A DNA stretch of 49,498 nucleotides from assembly GCA_040756235.1 (NCBI GenBank), contig JBFLZG010000043.1, positions 1-49,498 of the forward strand, written 5' to 3'. This stretch comes from a bacterium (GTDB lineage Bacteria > Desulfobacterota > DSWW01). The notes beneath the pieces were generated by a model. The model searched no databases and was not told the DNA's origin. It saw nothing but the letters and a program-made list of their open reading frames with translations. Shown piece by piece: positions 1 through 7,709 of the stretch. A program made the translations under genes and the position numbers. Position 1 is the first letter of the stretch, and every line of letters starts with the position of its first letter.

Positions 1-24
1 CCTCACCTGAGCATCCGTGACCAT
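1..24 (-). CDS. istA: IS21-family transposase IstA, N-terminal 8 codons (truncated by window)
   Basis: GGAGG (34-30) then ATG at 24 gives MVTDAQVR..., resembling the MVTDxQVR start of many IstA proteins; lies inside the IS21-like end. Confidence 0.6.
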
Positions 25-127
25 CCGAGCCTCCTCTCCCCTGGAGTGCTCGGATAGTCTAATGTTTGCTTTCTCACAACGGGAATTTTAATTGACGCCA
101 GACGGGAATTTTGATTGTCGCTGATCA
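1..127 (-). mobile_element. Left end of an IS21-family insertion sequence (runs off window start)
   Basis: The minus strand begins TGATCAGCGACAATCAAAATTCCCGT (5'-TG terminus at 127). Two ~20-bp internal repeats (79-98 acgggaattttaattgacgc; 102-121 acgggaattttgattgtcgc, 18/20 identical) are typical of IS21 ends. An ORF with SD follows. Confidence 0.75.
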
Positions 128-521
128 TGCCGGTCGAGAATACCCGGGACGGGAGCTGATTTCCATCGTGGAAGAATACCTCAACGGACCCGAGCGCCCG
201 GATCTCAGACTTTCCCTTCTTCTAACCGAATATCTCAGGTCGCTCTAGTTTTGCTTGGGCTCAGATGTAAACAGAAACTTCTATAAAATAGAAGGTTACG
301 ATCTTTTTCGCAGATTCGGAGATTTGTTCTACCGTACGATCCGGAACGGACAGGACCAGGGTTCGTTCAGAGCTGCGTGCGACCTCTATATTCTAGTCAA
401 GATGATATTCGGGGTGATCGATCATTCTCTCCTCTCCTCCATCATGTTCCGAAAGTCTCAGTCCATCCTCTTCCTAACCAACATCCTCACCACACTGGTC
501 CTGAATGCCGTTTCGGAGTGA
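128..521 (+). pseudogene. C-terminal remnant of a TetR/AcrR-family regulator, cut by the IS21 element
   Basis: The frame is open from the IS end (AGREYPGRELISIVEEYL...) with one in-frame TAG at 246-248. It continues as ...IRNGQDQGSFRAACDLYILVKMIFGVIDHSLL...LVLNAVSE*, which resembles the TetR C-terminal 'IxxGxxxGxFR' helices. No start codon or HTH is present. Confidence 0.55.
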
Positions 522-701
522 TCCTCATCTTCTTTCATCATCCTTCAGTTCTTCCCCACCTTCCCCAACACAAGTCCAACTTCTTTCTGTAGTTTCCATC
601 CATCCTTAAAATTCTACATGTTTATGCCTATTTTTTTTATAATTGGCATACGATTCTCGAGGTACTTTCCCTTTGAATCCCAACTTGCCCAAATTTTTCC
701 C

Positions 702-751
702 TTGACATTCCGGCAAAGCAGGAGGTACTTATTGCATGCTCGTTCATTTGC
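702..751 (+). promoter_or_regulatory. Putative sigma70 promoter with overlapping operator-like motif upstream of the DUF1329 genes
   Basis: TTGACA at 702-707, 18-nt spacer, TACTTA at 726-731. Motif gctcgttcatttgc at 738-751 recurs inverted at 2991-3004. Confidence 0.45.
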
Positions 752-803
752 TCTGTATTCTGGCTCAAACTGCGGCAAACAGCTTTTCATCAGGAGGATG
801 CAA

Positions 804-1540
804 ATGAAGGCACAGCGACTCTTGATGGCCACTGTTCCTTTCCTTTTGCTCCCCGCCACTTTTCTGCATGCCTATGCCGACTTTTCTCCTGGCCAGACCA
901 TCGACAAGACGAATTGGGAGAAGGGACAGAGTCTCCTGCCAGAGGCTGTCCTGAACTGGGTGAAAAAGGGGGACTTCATCCTCCAGACGGGCGCGCTCGA
1001 CTACAAACCTGCCGAGTTCTTCCCTCCCCATGCTTTGAAGTCCTTTGAAAACAATGCAGGCAAGTTCGAACTGGACGGTGAGGACGGGATCATCGATGTG
1101 GCGACCCAAAAACTGCCGAACTTCATAGAAGGAATTCCGTTCCCCGAGATCCAGCCGAGCGATCCAAAGGCGGGTCAGCAACTTCTCTACGACAAGAACT
1201 ATAACGTCTACTCCATGGGAGGGCTCCGATACCCCTTCCAATACTACAACTATGGGACTCAGTACCTGTGGATAGACGCTGAGACTTTCTTCCCTATTGA
1301 CAAAGTCATACATGACCGCGCGGGGCAATACTGGAAGGTCATGCTGATTTCCACCGCGGGGGCAGAGAGCGAAGACAAGGCGATGCGTTTCATGCTGGTT
1401 TCGACCAGCAAAACATCGACGATCCCATGGATCATTCCATCTACGTCGAGGACGTGAGCCCGAGGAACGAGTGGAGGTTCTTTGCCGAAGTCGACGCCAA
1501 TGACTTCTCGCTGGCCGGATTTCAGAAGTACTGCAAGTGA
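804..1540 (+). pseudogene. DUF1329-family periplasmic protein with internal deletion and frameshift
   Basis: SD AGGAGG 792-797, ATG 804, signal peptide. It aligns to the neighbouring paralogue but jumps from ...LRYPFQ directly to YYNYG (about 190 aa missing). The C-terminus (DQQNIDDPMDHSIYVED...FSLAGFQKYCK*) is in another frame from ~1400 to TGA 1538-1540. Confidence 0.8.
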
Positions 1541-1634
1541 CACCACCAGGACACGTGAACCGACACGGAGATTGCCAGCCCCCCCCCGTGATGACCATGC
1601 TCGCAGCACGGAGGGGCGACACAGGAGAACAGGA

Positions 1635-2921
1635 ATGAACAAGCTCAGGATGATTTGTCCGATCGCTCTTCTGCTACTCGCCCAGCCCGTCTCCGCTGAT
1701 GTCACACCAGGAGACGTAATCGGGGGGGAAAACTGGCAGAAGGCCGACGGGCTCGTGCCCGGGTCCGTACTCGATTGGGTCAAGGACGGAGAATTCATCC
1801 TCAAAGTAGGCGAGCTCACGTACGATCGATCTGCTTTTCTCACTCCCGACGTCTCGAGGTCTCTTACCGGCAACATCGGCAGATATGATCTTGATGCGAA
1901 AAACCTCATCATCGAAGCGGCAACGGGAAAGACGCCGGAATTCGTCTCAGGAATTCCCTTTCCGGAAATCGGGCACAACGATCCCAAGGCGGCCCCAAAG
2001 ATTATGTACAACTGGCAATACCAAATGTTCTCTTGGGGAAACATTGTATGCAACGTCAAAGCCGTCTGGATAGGCCGATCAGCGGGATTCGAGAGGGAGG
2101 CTGGTCTGAGCTATATCAATGCGCCCTTGGTCGGTTACCCGGGCGCCAAAAATATCCAGAATCCGAACGGCATCGAACGCTACTGTCTCATCCTCGTAAA
2201 GGACCCCTTCGATATAGCCGGAACAGCCGTTTTGCTCTGGCGCTATTCGGGAGAGCCAGAGGATGTAACCATGGGCTACATCCCGGCTATTCGCAGAGCA
2301 CGCCGCATGAGCCCTGCAAACCGCTCCGACGCTTTTGTCGGTACGGACTTCTCCTTCGACGACCCCTGGGGCTACGACGGCAAGATCTCCGCTTTCGACT
2401 GGAAACTCCTCCGAAAGCAGGAGGCCCTCGTGCCGTTCGTGGCCTCTAAGCCGGAGACAATCCTTGAAAACGACCGCGGAGAATGGGTAACGACACAAGA
2501 CGTGACGCCCGTGCTTTACGGGTATCAACAGCAGGGCTGGAAGGGCGCTCCTTGGGCTCCGGTCAACTGCATCTGGGTCAAGACCCCCGTGTGGGTGATT
2601 GAGGCAACGGCCCAGAACCCATACTACAACTACGGAAAATCGGAACTCTGGGTCGATGCGGTGGACTTCATGCCCAAATATCGAGAGATTGCGGACCGCG
2701 CCGGGAAACACTGGAAGACCTATCTGGGAGGGAGCGGGGCCATCGAAAGCGCTGACAAGCAGACGAGATTTATGATGATCACCATACAGCAGATGGTCGA
2801 CCTGTTCGCCCAGCACTCTACCTACATCGAACATGCAAGCAGAAGAAACAGGTTTACCTATTCTGCTGTCCTGGACTTGAACCAGTTTTCACTCGCAGGC
2901 TTTCAGAAATTTTGCAAGTAG
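1635..2921 (+). CDS. DUF1329-family periplasmic protein (LolA-like fold family, usually paired with DUF1302)
   Basis: SD AGGAG, signal peptide MNKLRMICPIALLLLAQPVSA. Motifs G.PFP.I...DPKA, YIPAIRRARRMSPANRSDAFVGTDFSFDD, PYYNYGK..LWVD, DRAG..WK. Confidence 0.85.
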   Translation: MNKLRMICPIALLLLAQPVSADVTPGDVIGGENWQKADGLVPGSVLDWVKDGEFILKVGELTYDRSAFLTPDVSRSLTGNIGRYDLDAKNLIIEAATGKTPEFVSGIPFPEIGHNDPKAAPKIMYNWQYQMFSWGNIVCNVKAVWIGRSAGFEREAGLSYINAPLVGYPGAKNIQNPNGIERYCLILVKDPFDIAGTAVLLWRYSGEPEDVTMGYIPAIRRARRMSPANRSDAFVGTDFSFDDPWGYDGKISAFDWKLLRKQEALVPFVASKPETILENDRGEWVTTQDVTPVLYGYQQQGWKGAPWAPVNCIWVKTPVWVIEATAQNPYYNYGKSELWVDAVDFMPKYREIADRAGKHWKTYLGGSGAIESADKQTRFMMITIQQMVDLFAQHSTYIEHASRRNRFTYSAVLDLNQFSLAGFQKFCK

Positions 2922-3031
2922 AAGTGTGCTGGTCATACGGAGACGCTCGGGATTTCACCAAAGAAGCAGACGACGAACGATTAGAACAATGCAAATGAAC
3001 GTGCTTCCCTGACTAAGCGAGAGGTGCTTCC

Positions 3032-4138
3032 ATGGAAAGCCAGGTGACGAGCCAAAAACCGCAGGACGCGCCTGCCTCGGGCGCTGAGTTCTGTGTCAAG
3101 TCGCAGCGCAGACCGTGGGGCCCTGCCCAGTACCTTGCTCTCGCCTCCGCGCCTCTGCTTGCATATCAGTTTTGGACGCTCACCGGATGGCTTATCGCTG
3201 GTCCTCATGCCGTGAACGCATTTCGCGATCCGAACTGCACGAATTACTATCTCGCAAAGATCATCGAGGTATGTTTGAGCATTTTTGGAATCGTGTTCCT
3301 AGGCAAACTGATATATGACTCGTGGAAGAAACGCAAGATGACGTTCGATTTGATGATGTACATCGGGTTTGCCTTGACGGTCTTCTGGGATACTACGACC
3401 AATTTCTTTCAGCCGGTCTGGTTCTATACCGCAAACTGGGTGAACCTCAACGACTGGTGGGGAAATGCTCCGCTGATTCAGAACCCGATTGCCGGAACCA
3501 CACCATTTCCAATTCTTTTCCTTGGTTTTCTTTATCCAGCCGCAGTCACGGGTTGCGCCATGCTCGTGAGTATTGCGATGTCTCGGGCCAAGCGCCGATG
3601 GCAGGACATATCCGCCGCCAAGCTTGCCGGCATCGGCTTTCTCGCGTCCTTCCCCCTCTGGACATGTATTGATGGGTTTCTCATGATCACTCACCTTTGG
3701 GCCGGACCCGGCATGCCATGGGATATACCCGTGATCAGTGGGCTGCTCGGCCAGACCTACCACTGGGGATGGTTGGAACCGGGATTTTGCATCACCATGG
3801 GTGCACTGATTGGATATCTGCGATATTGGAAGATCAGCTGGCAAGGAACGGAAGAATATAGCTCGAAACGCAAGGCATTTGTCAATCAGCTCGCCACCAT
3901 CGCCGCCTGCAACCTCATTTTCATCGTGCTGCAGATTCCGCATATGTTGGCCGGATTCACCTATGATCAGCCATATCCGAGATATCCGGCCCATCTGGTC
4001 GCTGGCACATGCGACGTTCCCGGCGTGGCAACAGGAACGCAGTACGGCCTTTGTCCTGGAGCCCCCGGCTACAAAGCGCCATTGCGCAGCACCATGAAGA
4101 AGGAAGCAGCCGCTAACTCGAGTCTCTCCCAAATGTAG
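3032..4138 (+). CDS. AveC-like (spirocyclase family) integral membrane protein
   Basis: Multiple TM helices. WDTTTNFFQPVWFYTANWVNLNDWWGNAP matches the AveC-like W.D..N......Y....VN.G.W segment, also RRW and LRYW; Cys-rich C-terminal tail (GTCDVPG...GLCPG). Confidence 0.7.
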   Translation: MESQVTSQKPQDAPASGAEFCVKSQRRPWGPAQYLALASAPLLAYQFWTLTGWLIAGPHAVNAFRDPNCTNYYLAKIIEVCLSIFGIVFLGKLIYDSWKKRKMTFDLMMYIGFALTVFWDTTTNFFQPVWFYTANWVNLNDWWGNAPLIQNPIAGTTPFPILFLGFLYPAAVTGCAMLVSIAMSRAKRRWQDISAAKLAGIGFLASFPLWTCIDGFLMITHLWAGPGMPWDIPVISGLLGQTYHWGWLEPGFCITMGALIGYLRYWKISWQGTEEYSSKRKAFVNQLATIAACNLIFIVLQIPHMLAGFTYDQPYPRYPAHLVAGTCDVPGVATGTQYGLCPGAPGYKAPLRSTMKKEAAANSSLSQM

Positions 4139-4195
4139 TTTAACACTCATCGGAGGATGCGTCATGGACCCACCGAAACCAGAGGAGCCACCCCC

Positions 4196-5290
4196 ATGGC
4201 CACTACACCCTTGAGTTCAGGAGAGCCTTACCGCCCTGCGGACCATCCTGTTTCCCAAGTCAACGTTGAAGAAACCCCGATCAAATGGTGGGCTTTCCTC
4301 GGAGCCATGATCCTGACCTTTATCCTTTACATATGGGGAAAGTGGCTCCTGACTGCCGCAGTCCCGGTTGTCCTTGAACCGATTACAGACGAGGACAAGG
4401 CCCTGGTCAAGATATTTCGCGTCATTGAGGTGTCTGCCGTTCTGGCAGGCATTCTCACCCTGTACTTCACGGTCGCAAAGCCGCTGTGGCGCGAACGCCG
4501 GCTGACGACTACAGCCGTCGTGATGCTCTGCATGCCGTTCATGGCCTTCCACGACACATCCGCCAATGCCATCGTGCCATGGTGGGCGTGGAGTCCGTAC
4601 TGGATCAACATGGGCAATTGGACAGCGCTGGTCCCCGGGGTCGTCAACCCCACCATGGATCAGATCGGAGAGCCTTTGTGGATCTTCTTGGGGTATACAT
4701 GGGGACTGGGCTATCCGATCGTGCTGTGCGTTTGGCTGATGCGCAAGTGGAAGCAGCGGCATCCGCGGACTCGCGCGATGGGACTGGTTTTCATCGGCAT
4801 GGCGGGAGGCATCCTCTACGATCTGGTTCTGGAGATCCCCTTTACCGCTTTGGGAGGATGGACACAATTCGGCGCTCCCCGTTCTCTTTCGATCTTCCCC
4901 GGCACTCTATGGCAGATATCCATACCGGAAATCGTCGGATGGGGCGGCATGTGCGGGTTGTGCGCAAACGTGCTGTATTGGACGAACGCTAAAGGTCAGC
5001 CTTTTGTCTGGCGGGGCGTCGAGAAGCTGAAATGCTCCAACGCCGCCAAAGACGGCTTGCGCTACCTTTCTCTCCTCGCAATCTTCCAGCTGATCATATT
5101 CTGCTGGTACAACATCCCGGGAAATGTGGCCGCCCTCTATTCCGATGCCCCGCTCCCCCAGACGCCTGCTCATATTATTCAGAAGGTCTGTGGGGAAGGA
5201 ACGGACTACCACTGTCCCGGGCCGGACGTCCCGATTCTGCGCAAGAGTGGCCTGATCATCACACCGGACGAGAGGCTGATCCGAAGATGA
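4196..5290 (+). CDS. AveC-like (spirocyclase family) integral membrane protein
   Basis: SD GAGGAG before ATG 4196. Motifs PIKWWAFLGA, INMGNWTALVPG, EP, DLVLE, GAP..LSIFPGT.WQ, YWTNAKGQPFVWRG, CGEGTDYHCPGP. Confidence 0.8.
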   Translation: MATTPLSSGEPYRPADHPVSQVNVEETPIKWWAFLGAMILTFILYIWGKWLLTAAVPVVLEPITDEDKALVKIFRVIEVSAVLAGILTLYFTVAKPLWRERRLTTTAVVMLCMPFMAFHDTSANAIVPWWAWSPYWINMGNWTALVPGVVNPTMDQIGEPLWIFLGYTWGLGYPIVLCVWLMRKWKQRHPRTRAMGLVFIGMAGGILYDLVLEIPFTALGGWTQFGAPRSLSIFPGTLWQISIPEIVGWGGMCGLCANVLYWTNAKGQPFVWRGVEKLKCSNAAKDGLRYLSLLAIFQLIIFCWYNIPGNVAALYSDAPLPQTPAHIIQKVCGEGTDYHCPGPDVPILRKSGLIITPDERLIRR

Positions 5291-5436
5291 CCCCGGCAGA
5301 AAGGCGCAAACGATTCTGCACGCTCTCCCACGTGCAAGGCGCAGAGATGCTCTCAGATGATCCGGGTGACAGTCTTCCGCCCGCGGTGCGAGCAGGAAAG
5401 AGGCAATCTCCATTGAGGCCACAAGGGGTATACACG

Positions 5437-7086
5437 ATGATGAAGCAGCGAACTTGCGCAGTGGTGGCCTTCTGGACGGCCTTGTTCTTCGTTGGGCTCA
5501 CGGATAAGGTGCGGGCCTTCTATGTGGACGAGAATCAAACCCTTGAGATCTCTGCCAAGGTACAGACCCGGGCCACGATCCGGCTACAGGACTCGGATAC
5601 CGAGCAAAGCGGCAAGGGTTTCAGTTACCCGCAAGCCGAGGCAGGCGATCTGGTGCAGCACCGCAACCTGGGCATTGTCGAGATCAACCACGATGTGAGG
5701 AGCCTGACCAGGGATCTGGACCTGCTCTACCCGTTCCGAATCCTGAAGGCAGACGTCAAATATCATGTCGTTGGCCGCTTCCTGTATGAGGGCATCTATG
5801 ATTATGGTCCTGAGGTCTTCCAGGACGTCCGGGCGATGGACAGGGAGAATCTCGATCGGTTCAAACAAAGCTATGATCTGTGGGAGTGTTATGCGGACAT
5901 CTCCCGCGGGCCCTTCTTCCTGCGGCTTGGCAGACAAAACCTTGCCTGGGGCGAGACTGACATATTCCGGCTCCTGGACGGCATCAACCCTCTGGACAAC
6001 ACCTTCGGAGGGCCCTTCGAGGATCTCGACGACCGCCGGGTCCCCCTGTGGATGCTGCGTTCCAGCCTGAACCTGGGGCTTGTGGGACCCATCGATTCGC
6101 TCACGCTGGAAGGTTTCCTTGTTCCAGGCAAGATCGATGCGCACGTGGCTCCCTGGGCGCCTCGCGGATCCGCTTATGCGGCTCCCCTGCCCGCGATCTT
6201 CGCCCCTTCGGTTCGGGTCATCACACCGGACCGAGAGTGGTCGGAGAGTCGTTGGGGATTCCGCATGCAGGGGATCGTCGCCCACAACCTGACTCTGTCC
6301 GTGGCTCACTACCAGACGTTCCTCGATATGCCGACCCTGCGAAGCCATGTGGTCGGAACTCCTCCAATCCTGACCGATCTGGACTCCCTGCAGCTCTGGG
6401 CAGAATTCCCGGAGGTGAGGATTACCGGGGCCAGTGCCAACTATTGGGAGTCCAGAACAGACACCGTATTCCGGGGGGAGGTTGCATGGTTCTGGAACGA
6501 GCCCGTCTTTATCCCCCAGGTCAACACCTCAACCCTCTTCGGCCCCCAACTGGAGCTACCCGATCCCGTCTTGGATGTGGTGGCCGACCTTCTGGGCGTC
6601 GACATCCGGGATCTGGGCCTACGGGGCTTGCCCCTGAACCCTCAGAGCGGCTCAATCCCTCGAAAGGACATCCTGCGGTACATGCTGGGTTTTGACAAAC
6701 AGATCTGGGTCCGGCCGCTGAACAAGGTCAACACCTTCTTCATCTCAGGCCAGTACTTCGGCCAGTGGGTCCCGGACTTTGATGAGCGCATGGCGACTCC
6801 GGCCCTGGTCTATCCCAGCCTGAGGAAGTACGTGCCGGTGAGCGAGTTCGAGCATGTCTTCACGTTCATCGGCAACTCGATGTACCTGAAGGGCAACCTG
6901 CAACCCCAGGTCGCCTGTGCGTATGATCTGAAGGGAGCGATCCTGCTGCAGCCCTCGATAAACTTCATCCACGAGCCCTTCCGCTTCATGCTCCAGTACA
7001 GCGTGATCCTGGGCAGTTTCGCCAATTTCGGCCTGTTCAGAGACCGCGATCAGGTCTCCTTCATCTTCACTTACCTGCTCAACTAG
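5437..7086 (+). CDS. DUF1302-family outer-membrane beta-barrel protein
   Basis: Signal peptide. LWECYADISRGPFFLRLGRQNLAWGETDIFRLLDGINPLD motif; amphipathic C-terminal strand RDRDQVSFIFTYLLN; co-located with DUF1329. Confidence 0.8.
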   Translation: MMKQRTCAVVAFWTALFFVGLTDKVRAFYVDENQTLEISAKVQTRATIRLQDSDTEQSGKGFSYPQAEAGDLVQHRNLGIVEINHDVRSLTRDLDLLYPFRILKADVKYHVVGRFLYEGIYDYGPEVFQDVRAMDRENLDRFKQSYDLWECYADISRGPFFLRLGRQNLAWGETDIFRLLDGINPLDNTFGGPFEDLDDRRVPLWMLRSSLNLGLVGPIDSLTLEGFLVPGKIDAHVAPWAPRGSAYAAPLPAIFAPSVRVITPDREWSESRWGFRMQGIVAHNLTLSVAHYQTFLDMPTLRSHVVGTPPILTDLDSLQLWAEFPEVRITGASANYWESRTDTVFRGEVAWFWNEPVFIPQVNTSTLFGPQLELPDPVLDVVADLLGVDIRDLGLRGLPLNPQSGSIPRKDILRYMLGFDKQIWVRPLNKVNTFFISGQYFGQWVPDFDERMATPALVYPSLRKYVPVSEFEHVFTFIGNSMYLKGNLQPQVACAYDLKGAILLQPSINFIHEPFRFMLQYSVILGSFANFGLFRDRDQVSFIFTYLLN

Positions 7087-7205
7087 AAGCCGTGGCTTCG
7101 TATGCGCAGATGGTCCGCTGCAGCAGCGCAAGAGGGCACTTCAGCAAAACACACCGGACGGTAGAGCACGAGCGAAGATATACTTTTCCTGGATAGAGGA
7201 AAGCC

Positions 7206-7363
7206 ATGGCAATGACCTTCGGCTCCTTCATCACGGCCCATGCGCGGAAATATCCCCAAGAGACCGCGGCCATCTGCGAGGACAAGGCTCTCACCTATCG
7301 GGACCTCGATCTCAGATCCAACCGCCTGGCGAACGCCTTGCGGGAAGGAGGGATCCGCATAGG
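7206..7363 (+). pseudogene. N-terminal fragment of an AMP-binding acyl-CoA synthetase
   Basis: SD GAGGA. MAMTFGSFITAHARKYPQETAAICEDKALTYRDLDLRSNRLANALREGGIRIG is a typical ANL N-terminus; similarity stops abruptly at ~7363. Confidence 0.8.
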
Positions 7364-7543
7364 GTGCAGGGCAAGCAGGAACCGCTTCGCGCCATCATGA
7401 CCCGAAAACTGAGCCTGCAGAAGGGCAGTCAGCTGAAGCTCCTCAAACACGTCAGGCTGGCGCTCAATATCATGAAGAACTGTGTCAGGGTCGATGCCCT
7501 CTACCCGGACGACAAGGGCGCTGACGCACACCCGGACTCGTGA
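7364..7543 (+). pseudogene. C-terminal fragment of an SCP2 sterol-binding-domain protein
   Basis: A different frame reads VQGKQEPLRAIMTRKLSLQKGSQLKLLKHVRLALNIMK...* (SCP2 'G..dP..A.m.gKL...G' pattern); the N-terminus is missing. Confidence 0.6.
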
Positions 7544-7613
7544 GAATCATAGCGGTCTGAGGAATGCCTGGCACGAGCGCCACGCCGCCCGCATACCCAA
7601 AGGAGAACAAGCC

Positions 7614-7709
7614 ATGAAGGAACTGGCGGCGTTCATGGAGGCCGGGAAGACCACGCCCGGCCCGACCGTTAAGAGCTGGAAGGCCAAGGGAGGCAAGGTC
7701 ATTGATGGA
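7614..7709 (+). pseudogene. N-terminal fragment of a 2-hydroxyacyl-CoA dehydratase (HgdB/BcrC-like) gene, fused in frame to the GMC gene
   Basis: SD AGGAG, ATG 7614. MKELAAFMEAGKTTPGPTVKSWKAKGGKVI resembles the 'WK..GGKVIG' N-terminus of this family; the frame runs on into the GMC protein. Confidence 0.55.

Noticed and set aside
246..248. TAG as a pyrrolysine read-through codon
   Set aside because: The gene is already beheaded by an IS and no pyl genes are in the window; simple decay is more parsimonious.
1390..1420. Programmed frameshift in the first DUF1329
   Set aside because: No canonical slippery heptamer and the gene has an independent large deletion; mutation or sequencing error is likelier.
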